A DNA stretch of 64,000 bases from Candidatus Woesearchaeota archaeon (GTDB lineage Archaea > Nanobdellota > Nanobdellia > SCGC-AAA011-G17 > PNOQ01). Every line of letters begins with the position of its first letter. Position 1 is the stretch's first letter. Shown here piece by piece: positions 38,226-46,547 of the stretch. The notes under the pieces are model-generated. The model was not told the origin of the DNA and searched no databases. It saw only the letters and a program-made list of their open reading frames with translations. Both the position numbers and the translations under genes were made by a program. The DNA lies in assembly GCA_964603065.1 (NCBI GenBank), contig CAZRTL010000005.1, positions 4,700 through 68,699 of the forward strand. The letters run 5' to 3'.

Positions 38226-40226
38226 TTACTCTTCTCCGCCTTCAGACTCAGCTTCTCCTTCTCCTTCAGATTCGGCTTCACCTTCACCCTCAGATTCAGC
38301 TTCGCCTTCCCCTTCAGACTCGCCCTCACCACTACTATCATCTTCATAGTAGCATACACAGTGGTCGTCTATACAATCGGTTCCTGAAGATCCTGGACAC
38401 TCGTCCATACACCCATCTTGACATTCACTCCAAGTATCATCATCTCCCTCACTCCAATCATCCCAGTCATCCTGCCATTCATCTGGTCCATCCTGCTGTT
38501 CCTCATACTGGCCAAAGTCTATACATCTCAAATCGATTGGGCACTGATGTCCTTCTCCTGAGTCCCCCATTATTGGTTCATCTCCAGCATGTTGACCATA
38601 GAGATCCCTGCATCCCTGTTTTTTAACTTCCCAATCCTGTTCAGTCATACATGGCCCCACATAATCACCATCAGATACACCGTGGTACCCCCCAACTTGA
38701 GATCCAGCATTGTCATAACAATCCAACCTTTCCATAGGGTCTTCTATTTCTCTACAATTAAAATCAAATCTTGGTCCGCCCATTTTTGGGTCCTTATCTC
38801 TGCCTCTTCTCAAAAATTCTTCACAATCTCTAAAATCATGAATTTGATTTGCTTGACATTCTGAAGGTCTATTTCCTATACCCCACATGAAATCCTTACA
38901 TTCTTCGTCATCAGTTATTCCCCTCTCAATACATTCTGGAGGGGCATGTAGCTCATACATTATTTTATCACATATCTCTCTACCTTCCATCTCAGTCCTT
39001 GGATTCGCTGCTAAAAGAGCTTCCTTACACTCCTCTGGAGCATGTGTAGTAATCATAATTTTACTACAATCTTCAGGAGTAGTAGCTCCTGCTTCCACAC
39101 ATTCAGGAGGCATATGTAAATCAAATTTCTTATGTTGTATATCTCCTTCTAAAAATCTCATAACTTCTTCTAAATGGGGTGGCAACTCTGGCATATCCAA
39201 ACTATCAAGTTTTTCACATGCCTTCTCATCACCCTCAATATCACAAGCGGTTGCTAGTGGGGCAGCTCTAGAACATGCATTTGCAAAACTGGAATAAGGT
39301 ATTTCATCACACCTACACTCTTGTCCAGAAGTTTCAAAACACTGTCCCATTATTTCAGCAAATTTCTTTGCTTCTTTCTTCTGCTCTTCAGTCAAATCAT
39401 CAAACATTTCCTTGTGCCACCTTGGTCCCTCATCATCAACCCTACAATTTTGATAAAACAGTTCAGGATCTAAATCAGATAGCTCCCTACATAACTCATT
39501 AATTTTAGAAGCAATTTCAGCAGCAGTAGCAATAGAATGCTCCCTATCAATAATATCATGAACAAACTCATCCCTTTCACCAGGAGGAACTTTATCTTGT
39601 ATGTCCCTCATAGCATTTCTTATAGCAGCTGAACTCCTTAATGCCTCTTCTCTTCTCTCAGGACCCACCTCTTTCTCGAATTCTTCGGCAGTTTCAATAT
39701 AAATCATTAAAGCTTTTTTTGCAGACTCAATATCTCCTGCTTCAACCATTGCTTTAATTTCGGCAATTTTTTCTTCTCTAACTTCTATATCATCTCCGAA
39801 CCGATCAAAAAACTTATCAAAAACATATAAAGCACTATCTGGAGTCGTTCCAGCATCAACTTCTAATTCAGAATCTTCATAACCTTCAAATATATAATCC
39901 TCTTTTTCTTTAACAACACATTCACCATCTTCATATCCACAATCAAATTCTCTAGTTGGCGGCAAACACTCGGCCACAACTACAAAATCATACGGAGCAC
40001 ACGCATCGCCACACGGCAAACAACTCAATTCATCTATTTGATCTCCATATTGTTCTTTACATTCCTGAATACAAGGCCTTCTATCTGCTTCATCAGTAAA
40101 ATCTGCCTTACAGCCACCTATACATTTATCCAATTCATTAATACTTTCACGAGCACTTGCGGATTCAAAAGAAAAAATACTAATTAACAAAATACTCACC
40201 AATAGAATAATATACCTCTTTTCCAT
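38226..40226 (-). CDS. large secreted Cys-rich protein with a C-terminal acidic (SEGEGEAE)n tail
   Basis: Signal peptide, more than 50 Cys, and a terminal GEGESEGEGEAESEGEGEAESEGEGEAESEGGEE tail. Confidence 0.55.
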   Translation of the reverse strand: MEKRYIILLVSILLISIFSFESASARESINELDKCIGGCKADFTDEADRRPCIQECKEQYGDQIDELSCLPCGDACAPYDFVVVAECLPPTREFDCGYEDGECVVKEKEDYIFEGYEDSELEVDAGTTPDSALYVFDKFFDRFGDDIEVREEKIAEIKAMVEAGDIESAKKALMIYIETAEEFEKEVGPERREEALRSSAAIRNAMRDIQDKVPPGERDEFVHDIIDREHSIATAAEIASKINELCRELSDLDPELFYQNCRVDDEGPRWHKEMFDDLTEEQKKEAKKFAEIMGQCFETSGQECRCDEIPYSSFANACSRAAPLATACDIEGDEKACEKLDSLDMPELPPHLEEVMRFLEGDIQHKKFDLHMPPECVEAGATTPEDCSKIMITTHAPEECKEALLAANPRTEMEGREICDKIMYELHAPPECIERGITDDEECKDFMWGIGNRPSECQANQIHDFRDCEEFLRRGRDKDPKMGGPRFDFNCREIEDPMERLDCYDNAGSQVGGYHGVSDGDYVGPCMTEQDWEVKKQGCRDLYGQHAGDEPIMGDSGEGHQCPIDLRCIDFGQYEEQQDGPDEWQDDWDDWSEGDDDTWSECQDGCMDECPGSSGTDCIDDHCVCYYEDDSSGEGESEGEGEAESEGEGEAESEGEGEAESEGGEE
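38241..38330. repeat. about 3.75 tandem copies of a 24-nt unit encoding the acidic tail
   Basis: ttcagactcagcttctccttctcc / ttcagattcggcttcaccttcacc / ctcagattcagcttcgccttcccc... Confidence 0.7.
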
Positions 40227-40260
40227 AACAATTCCTAGAAAAAAGAATATTTAAGTCTTT

Positions 40261-40908
40261 TTATTTATTAAAAATAATAATATTGCCTCTTCCTTTCTTA
40301 ATTCTTTTAACAATTTTTTTATGCTCCAATTCTGTAACTATTAAACTTGCTTTAGCTTCAGATAATCCCAAATTTTTCCTAATATCTTTTTGTGTAGTTC
40401 TTCCACCTTCTTTCCTAATAAAATTCAAAACCTCATCCGCCTCATCTTTCTCCAACCCTAAAACTTTTTTCTTTGGAAGTTTTTTCTTAAATACAAAAAA
40501 TATCAAACTTAAAATAATCACGATAGCCAAAATAATATATCCCATATTTAAACTGTTATCCTCTAAATCAAAATCAAAATCTTCAACCAGTTCATCTTCA
40601 AATTCAGGAAATAGAATCAAATCTAAAACATAATCCCCATCATCCACAATATTAACTTCTTCTTCAACACTAGAAATCAAAGAACTACCAATATAATATT
40701 TAGCAACCAAGGTATAACCTCCAGGATTCAACTCAAAAGAATAACCTCCATCTATAGCTATCATATTCTGCTTAGGCTGGGAATCAACTTCAACAACTGC
40801 ATTTTCAACAACCTCAAAATCTAAATCATAAACAGTTCCATGAAGGGTAGCTGCACTAGCCAAACTAGGTACTAATAATAAAACTAATAATAAAACTAAT
40901 TTTTTCAT
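40261..40908 (-). CDS. membrane-anchored protein with a C-terminal winged-helix domain
   Basis: Signal/TM (start moved to MKKLVLLL), Ig-like ectodomain, TM, then a cytoplasmic GGRTTQKDIRKNLGLSEAKASLIVTELEHKKIVKRIKKGRG wHTH. Confidence 0.45.
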   Translation of the reverse strand: MKKLVLLLVLLLVPSLASAATLHGTVYDLDFEVVENAVVEVDSQPKQNMIAIDGGYSFELNPGGYTLVAKYYIGSSLISSVEEEVNIVDDGDYVLDLILFPEFEDELVEDFDFDLEDNSLNMGYIILAIVIILSLIFFVFKKKLPKKKVLGLEKDEADEVLNFIRKEGGRTTQKDIRKNLGLSEAKASLIVTELEHKKIVKRIKKGRGNIIIFNK

Positions 40909-41110
40909 AATTAAATTTATAAAAAACTCTTTTAAATAACTTTTTATTTCCAAATTTTGTCCCTCTAGAATTTTCTCAGGTTGATAAAGAAATAAAAGCT
41001 TCATGAAAAATTAAAGCTTCCTAAAGCTTCTAAAGTATCCTAAAAAAAGTTTTTTTATAAACAACACGGCCATACTTACTATATCAAAACATTCCACGGA
41101 GGGAAAAATA

Positions 41111-42103
41111 ATGAAAAAAATACTATCAATTGCAATACTTGCATTGTTTTTATTCAGCACAATGCCACTGGCAGAAGCAAATCCAGTTCCTACATTGGGA
41201 GGAATAAGAATGGCAAATTTAAATCATACTAAAGAATATAATGCAAAAATAACAAAAATAACAAAATTAGAACCAAAACAAGATTATAATATAAGAGTAA
41301 CAAAAATAAGAAACTTAGATCAAATACAAGAGTATAACCAAGCAAAAGAAAAATATCAAGAAACTAAAGAAGAGTGGAAAATAGCAAGACAAAATTACCT
41401 AAAAACAAAAAATTCGTTAAATAAAATTCCAATAAAAAACATAGGGACATTAGAAGGAAGGGAAAACACAGAATCGGATATAACAAATATCAAAGCTTTC
41501 CTAACAAAAACAGTAGAAAGGATGCAAAACCATGTAGAAATCTTAAAAAAATGGACTGAAATGGTAGTCCAAGATGAAGAACTAGAAAAACAAATCTTAA
41601 GCCAATTAGAAGAAGATTCAAAAGAACTTGAAAATTATAAATTGAAAATTGAAAATTCTTCAACAGTAGAAGAATTAAGAAATTTAGGAAAAGAACTTAA
41701 GGATTTCTGGAAAGAAACAAGACTTCATTTAAAGAAATATCATGGGATAATTTTACCAGCTAAAGCATTAAGTACAATAGAAAGATCGGAAGATATATAT
41801 GATAAATTATATAAAAAAATATCTACCTCAAGTCTTGGTACAGTTGCAAATCTTTTACCTTTATTAGAAGAGTATAAGGATTTAATTGCAAGTGCAAGAG
41901 AATCACACGAAAAAGCGGTAGCGGTTTATACAAGTGAAGGGGTTTCAAGTAATAATTTAGAAGATGTAAAAAGTAATTTAAGAGATGCACACAGCTATCT
42001 AAAAGAAGCCCACAAAAAACTTAGAGTGATAGTAAAGCTATATAGAGATTACACTGGAGATTTTCCAAATCCAAGTTTGACAGAGCAAACTACGTCCGTA
42101 TAA
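41111..42103 (+). CDS. secreted coiled-coil protein
   Basis: Signal peptide, then a long heptad-rich sequence. Confidence 0.45.
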   Translation: MKKILSIAILALFLFSTMPLAEANPVPTLGGIRMANLNHTKEYNAKITKITKLEPKQDYNIRVTKIRNLDQIQEYNQAKEKYQETKEEWKIARQNYLKTKNSLNKIPIKNIGTLEGRENTESDITNIKAFLTKTVERMQNHVEILKKWTEMVVQDEELEKQILSQLEEDSKELENYKLKIENSSTVEELRNLGKELKDFWKETRLHLKKYHGIILPAKALSTIERSEDIYDKLYKKISTSSLGTVANLLPLLEEYKDLIASARESHEKAVAVYTSEGVSSNNLEDVKSNLRDAHSYLKEAHKKLRVIVKLYRDYTGDFPNPSLTEQTTSV

Positions 42104-42104
42104 A

Positions 42105-42299
42105 ATGAAGAGGATATTAATTATACTGACACTAGTAGTTTTGTTAGTCTCTAGTTGTACTCAAATACAAACCGAAGACACAGAAAAAACTGGAGATGAA
42201 TCCACGGATAATTTAGAAGATTATATCTCCAATTTTGATAACTTAGATTCTGATCTAAATGAACTAGATGATTTTAACCTAAATGATTTAGATTTTTAA
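42105..42299 (+). CDS. small acidic lipoprotein-like protein (LVSSC lipobox)
   Basis: MKRILIILTLVVLLVSSCTQ followed by a D/E/N-rich tail. Confidence 0.4.
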   Translation: MKRILIILTLVVLLVSSCTQIQTEDTEKTGDESTDNLEDYISNFDNLDSDLNELDDFNLNDLDF

Positions 42300-42384
42300 A
42301 TTATTTTTATGGGGGCTATAAAATCCCCCCTTCTTCCTTTATAATCAAAACCTTTAAAAACCATTTAATTTCCTTTTAAAGTAT

Positions 42385-44148
42385 ATGAATCAATTACCCC
42401 CAACCCAACCCAATATGCCTTCTCCTGAAGAACAGGAAAAAATAAAAGCTAAAATTGAGAAGATAAAGGCAAAGGTTGAAAAATTTAAAGATAAAATTCT
42501 AAAAACTCATAAAAAAGAAGTTATGGGTGTGGCTTTACTACCTCCGAAAAAAGAGGAGCCTGACAAAATTAATGTTCTAATCGTAGTTGACGATTCAAAA
42601 GCAGAATTTAGACCAGATTTCAAACTAAGAGATAAAACATTCACAGAATTATCAAAAGTAGCAAAAGAGCAGGATAAGGATTTAATTCCAGAAGTTTATA
42701 CAGTATCCGAAATAAAAGAATCATTATACGATTCAAAATATGAAGTTTTGCAATTAGTAGCAATGTCTGCTATCCTATATGATCCAGCAGATTTCTTAGG
42801 AGCATTAAAAATTTCAGAAGTGCATAAAAGCATGGTTCTACAAAAATTCGAAAAATATATTGTTAGTTATGTAGCAGCCGGTTCATTATTTAGAGGAGAA
42901 AAATCCAATGATATTGACGTATATGTTGTTATTGATGATACTGATGTTAGAAGGATGACTCGTGCTGAACTTAGAGATAAATTAAGATCATTAATAATTT
43001 CACAAGGTTTTGAAGCCGCGGCAATGACTGGCGTCAAAAAAGAATTTCACGTTCAAATTTACATCTTAACTGATTTCTGGGAATCTATCAAAGATGCGCA
43101 CCCAGTTATATTCACATTATTAAGAGATGGAGTTCCAATTTATGATAGGGGAGTTTTCACACCATGGAGACTATTACTAAATATGGGACGTATCAGGCCC
43201 TCTCCAGAAGCAATCGATATGCAAATGGACACAGGTGAAAAATTACTAGAAAGAGCAAGAAAAAAATTACTTATGATTGCCGGTGAAGATTTATATTATG
43301 GAATTTTAAATCCTTCTCAAGCAGCACTTATGCTTTACGGAATTTCTCCACCAACACCAAAAGAAACTGTTAAGTTACTAGAAGAAGTATTCGTGAAGAA
43401 AGAAAAAATCTTAGAACAAAGATATGTTAATATTCTAGAAAAAATCAGAGTATTCTTTAAAGGAATTGAACATGGGAAAGTAAAAGATATTTCTGGAAAA
43501 GAAATTGATGAGTTATTAAAAGATTGTGACGATTATTTAAAAAGAATAAAGAAATTATTTACACAAATAGAAAAGAAGGCAGAAAAAGAAACCTTCACAG
43601 AATTATATAACACTTTAATAAAAACTGTAGGGGATGCACTAGCTGCAGAGAGTATTAAATATACAAAACTAGATTTAGGGTTTAAAAAATTCTGCCAAAA
43701 AGAAAACCTACCGGAATCTCTGGTTAACAACTTAAAATCATTCATGAAAGCACACCAAGAGTTTAAAGCTAAAAAATTAATAAAAGCAGAATCTGATAAA
43801 ATCAAGAGAGAAATCAGAACTTTCTTAAGGATTGTAGTTGAACACGGACAAAGAAAGAAATTCTTGGGTGTAGAAAGAGCAAAAATAAGATTTAAAGTAA
43901 AAGATAAAATGGGAGAAGTTCTCTTACTAAAAGATCAGGCATTTATTGTTAAAGATTTAAAACAAAAGGACAAAATAGAGAAAGTAGATTTAGTTAAAGG
44001 TAGATTGAAAAAAGCAGAAAAATCAACTAGGGATGAATATGATAAAACACTAGTCGATGTAGAAGTTCCGCAGTCCATTACTCTAACTCCAGAATTATTT
44101 AGCGATTTAGAAAAACTAGTTGGTAAAGATATCGAAATATTACTTTAA
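42385..44148 (+). CDS. tandem nucleotidyltransferase-domain protein (degenerate NTase + NTase + helical C-domain)
   Basis: GSLFRGEKSNDIDVYVVIDD (GS..DxD); an upstream degenerate copy; the C-terminal half is paralogous to 49624..50502. Confidence 0.6.
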   Translation: MNQLPPTQPNMPSPEEQEKIKAKIEKIKAKVEKFKDKILKTHKKEVMGVALLPPKKEEPDKINVLIVVDDSKAEFRPDFKLRDKTFTELSKVAKEQDKDLIPEVYTVSEIKESLYDSKYEVLQLVAMSAILYDPADFLGALKISEVHKSMVLQKFEKYIVSYVAAGSLFRGEKSNDIDVYVVIDDTDVRRMTRAELRDKLRSLIISQGFEAAAMTGVKKEFHVQIYILTDFWESIKDAHPVIFTLLRDGVPIYDRGVFTPWRLLLNMGRIRPSPEAIDMQMDTGEKLLERARKKLLMIAGEDLYYGILNPSQAALMLYGISPPTPKETVKLLEEVFVKKEKILEQRYVNILEKIRVFFKGIEHGKVKDISGKEIDELLKDCDDYLKRIKKLFTQIEKKAEKETFTELYNTLIKTVGDALAAESIKYTKLDLGFKKFCQKENLPESLVNNLKSFMKAHQEFKAKKLIKAESDKIKREIRTFLRIVVEHGQRKKFLGVERAKIRFKVKDKMGEVLLLKDQAFIVKDLKQKDKIEKVDLVKGRLKKAEKSTRDEYDKTLVDVEVPQSITLTPELFSDLEKLVGKDIEILL

Positions 44149-44233
44149 TTTTATTTTTTAATTTATTAGAATAGATAGAAAAATTTATAAAGATTCCATT
44201 TAGTCCCAAAAAAAGATTTGAAGGAAATCAAAA

Positions 44234-44644
44234 ATGAATAGATCATTAATCGCTGCAACAACAACTCTACTACTATCTTTAGGTATAGCTGGAAGTTGCG
44301 TAGCATACAAACAAAATAGATGGATTTCAAGAGATAATAGCATAACTATTGAGGGAAGAGTAATTGATGAAAATATGTATTGGAATGACGGAGAAAATTT
44401 GCATAACCCCTCATTACTCAATTTGAATGTTCAAAGAAGGGGATACACAATAAAAAGTGATTCTGGAGAGTTTTATTTAGCACTTACACCTTCCCCAAAA
44501 GCTGACCCATTGAACGTAGGATATAAAGGACAATTTAGTCTAGGAACTCATCTAAGAAATAAGGTAGAAGAAGTATATCATAATGGTAAATTAACTCCTA
44601 CAAAAATATCTGTAAGACCTCTCTTTGAATATGATTTAGAATAA
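44234..44644 (+). CDS. secreted hypothetical protein
   Basis: Signal peptide. Confidence 0.4.
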   Translation: MNRSLIAATTTLLLSLGIAGSCVAYKQNRWISRDNSITIEGRVIDENMYWNDGENLHNPSLLNLNVQRRGYTIKSDSGEFYLALTPSPKADPLNVGYKGQFSLGTHLRNKVEEVYHNGKLTPTKISVRPLFEYDLE

Positions 44645-44714
44645 AATAAATAATCTCTTTTTTCTTATAAAAAACATAAACCTTATAAATCAAACTTTTC
44701 CCCAAATTCTTAAT

Positions 44715-44972
44715 ATGGAAGGCACAATAGTAAATTACAGAGGAAGTCACAAAACTCAACATCCTAACCAGATGGTTGTAAAAGTAGACTCCATTGAAAC
44801 TAAAGAAAAAGCTAAAGATTTACTTAAAAAAACAGTTACCTGGACTACTCCAACAAAAAAAGAAATTAAAGGGGTAATTATGAAAGAACACGGGAATAAG
44901 GGTGCCGTAAGAGTAAAATTCGAAAAAGGTCTTCCAGGGCAAGCTTTAGGAACTAAAGTAAAAATTGAATAA
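44715..44972 (+). CDS. rpl35ae: 50S ribosomal protein L35Ae
   Basis: GTIVNYRGS...NQMVVKV...KKTVTW...IKGVIMKEHGNKGAVRVKFEKGLPGQALGTKV. Confidence 0.8.
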   Translation: MEGTIVNYRGSHKTQHPNQMVVKVDSIETKEKAKDLLKKTVTWTTPTKKEIKGVIMKEHGNKGAVRVKFEKGLPGQALGTKVKIE

Positions 44973-45492
44973 AATGACATGTAAGAGAACTACTTTTGAA
45001 GAGAGAACATTAGATTCGTACAAATCGTGGTGGCCCAATACACTATTATGGAAACCTCATATTGTAATAAGTCATACTTTATGGTTCAACAATCTAAATG
45101 ATTTTGAAAAAAACAAAGATTCATTAGAAAGATTAGTAGGTACTACAGAAAAACCATTTTCAGACAAATCATGGAGGGAGAAACTTAGAGAATATTCGTA
45201 CGGAATTTCTGAAGCAAGAGTGGGGGAGTTAATTATGAATGATTCCACTCCTTCTGGAATAATACTTTTAGATGAAAATGAAAATGAACATAGGTATAGT
45301 TTTAAGCACATCAAAAATGCATTTAGGTCTCATCCCACAGTAACCAAGATAGCAATGGGCGCCGATTATGGACGTCTAGCCGTAAATACAATGAGGAATA
45401 TCGGAATGTTGAAATCAGGAGATCCAATATATTTTCAAGCATTTAAAATGATTCCAGAAATTTGGCAATTAGGGATAAGAGGTAATCAATAA
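44965..45492 (+). CDS. hypothetical protein between L35Ae and L10e
   Basis: ORF coupled at both ends (8-nt overlap upstream; 2-nt gap downstream). Confidence 0.4.
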   Translation: MNKMTCKRTTFEERTLDSYKSWWPNTLLWKPHIVISHTLWFNNLNDFEKNKDSLERLVGTTEKPFSDKSWREKLREYSYGISEARVGELIMNDSTPSGIILLDENENEHRYSFKHIKNAFRSHPTVTKIAMGADYGRLAVNTMRNIGMLKSGDPIYFQAFKMIPEIWQLGIRGNQ

Positions 45493-45494
45493 AA

Positions 45495-46010
45495 ATGGCA
45501 CAATTAAGAAAAGCAAACGCATACAAGAAAACGACAAGAGCCTACACCAGAAAATCAAAATATAAGAAAAAAGGTTTCATAAAGGTAGTTCCAGCTTCAA
45601 AAATAATCAAATTCAATATGGGGGATCTAAAAAAAGAATTTCCAAAAAAAGTAAAATTAATTTCTAAAGATACATTCCAAGTAAGACATAATGCTTTGGA
45701 ATCTTGTAGAACTTTAGTTAATAGACAATTATCGAAAAGATTTGGGAATAAAGGTTATAGATTCACAATAAACCAATTTCCCCACCATGTTCTAAGAGAA
45801 AATAAGATGCTTACAGGTGCTGGTGCAGATAGAATGCAATCCGGAATGAAACACTCCTTTGGAAAGGCAATGGGTACAGCAGCTCAGTTAAAACCTGGAA
45901 AAACAATATTTACAGTAGATGTAAATGAATCTGACGTAGAATTTGCAAAAAAAGCTCTGGAAAAAACAAAGTCAAGAATTCCTGGCAAAGTTAGAGTAGA
46001 GATAATTTAA
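45495..46010 (+). CDS. rpl10e: 50S ribosomal protein L10e (uL16)
   Basis: MAQLRKANAYKK...RxxxGADRMQSGM; 171 aa. Confidence 0.85.
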   Translation: MAQLRKANAYKKTTRAYTRKSKYKKKGFIKVVPASKIIKFNMGDLKKEFPKKVKLISKDTFQVRHNALESCRTLVNRQLSKRFGNKGYRFTINQFPHHVLRENKMLTGAGADRMQSGMKHSFGKAMGTAAQLKPGKTIFTVDVNESDVEFAKKALEKTKSRIPGKVRVEII

Positions 46011-46077
46011 TTCTAATAAATATCAATATGGTCCAATCGAAACATTTATATACTACTTAGTAGTAAGTAAAAATACA

Positions 46078-46467
46078 ATGACAATTTATAGAATAGTTTC
46101 GAAAACCTCATGGAATAGGAGTTCTGCTAATCAAGAAGATGATCAATTTATCGATGCTAGTGATGAAACTGAAGCCAGAACCAAATATAACCCAATGGGC
46201 AGCAAAGATACTATTGAATCAGTAGTTGAAACACCATTTAAAGAAGTAAATGATTTAAAATTTTATTTAGTGGGATTGTCTCCAAATTGGTTTACTAGGG
46301 ATCAAAGAGCATCACATTACTTCTTAGTTCAAGCTACAGACGGTAGAAATGCAACCAAAATCATTGAAAAAAATAAAGTTGGAAAACATGGAACATCAAC
46401 AAAAGTAAATGATATTAGATATTTAGGAAAACCGGATTTAAATCAAGATATAACCCAACTTCTATAA
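46078..46467 (+). CDS. hypothetical protein
   Basis: ORF only. Confidence 0.3.
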   Translation: MTIYRIVSKTSWNRSSANQEDDQFIDASDETEARTKYNPMGSKDTIESVVETPFKEVNDLKFYLVGLSPNWFTRDQRASHYFLVQATDGRNATKIIEKNKVGKHGTSTKVNDIRYLGKPDLNQDITQLL

Positions 46468-46547
46468 ATACAAAATATTTATCTAAAATTTGTTTAGCAA
46501 AACATTTATATAATTCCATTCAATTCTAAAGAGTAAAAGGTGATATA

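Noticed and set aside
38082-44650. Possible integrated mobile element next to tRNA-Val.
   Set aside because: No integrase, transposase or direct repeat of the tRNA 3' end was found in the window. The secreted-gene run looks like ordinary surface-protein accessory content.
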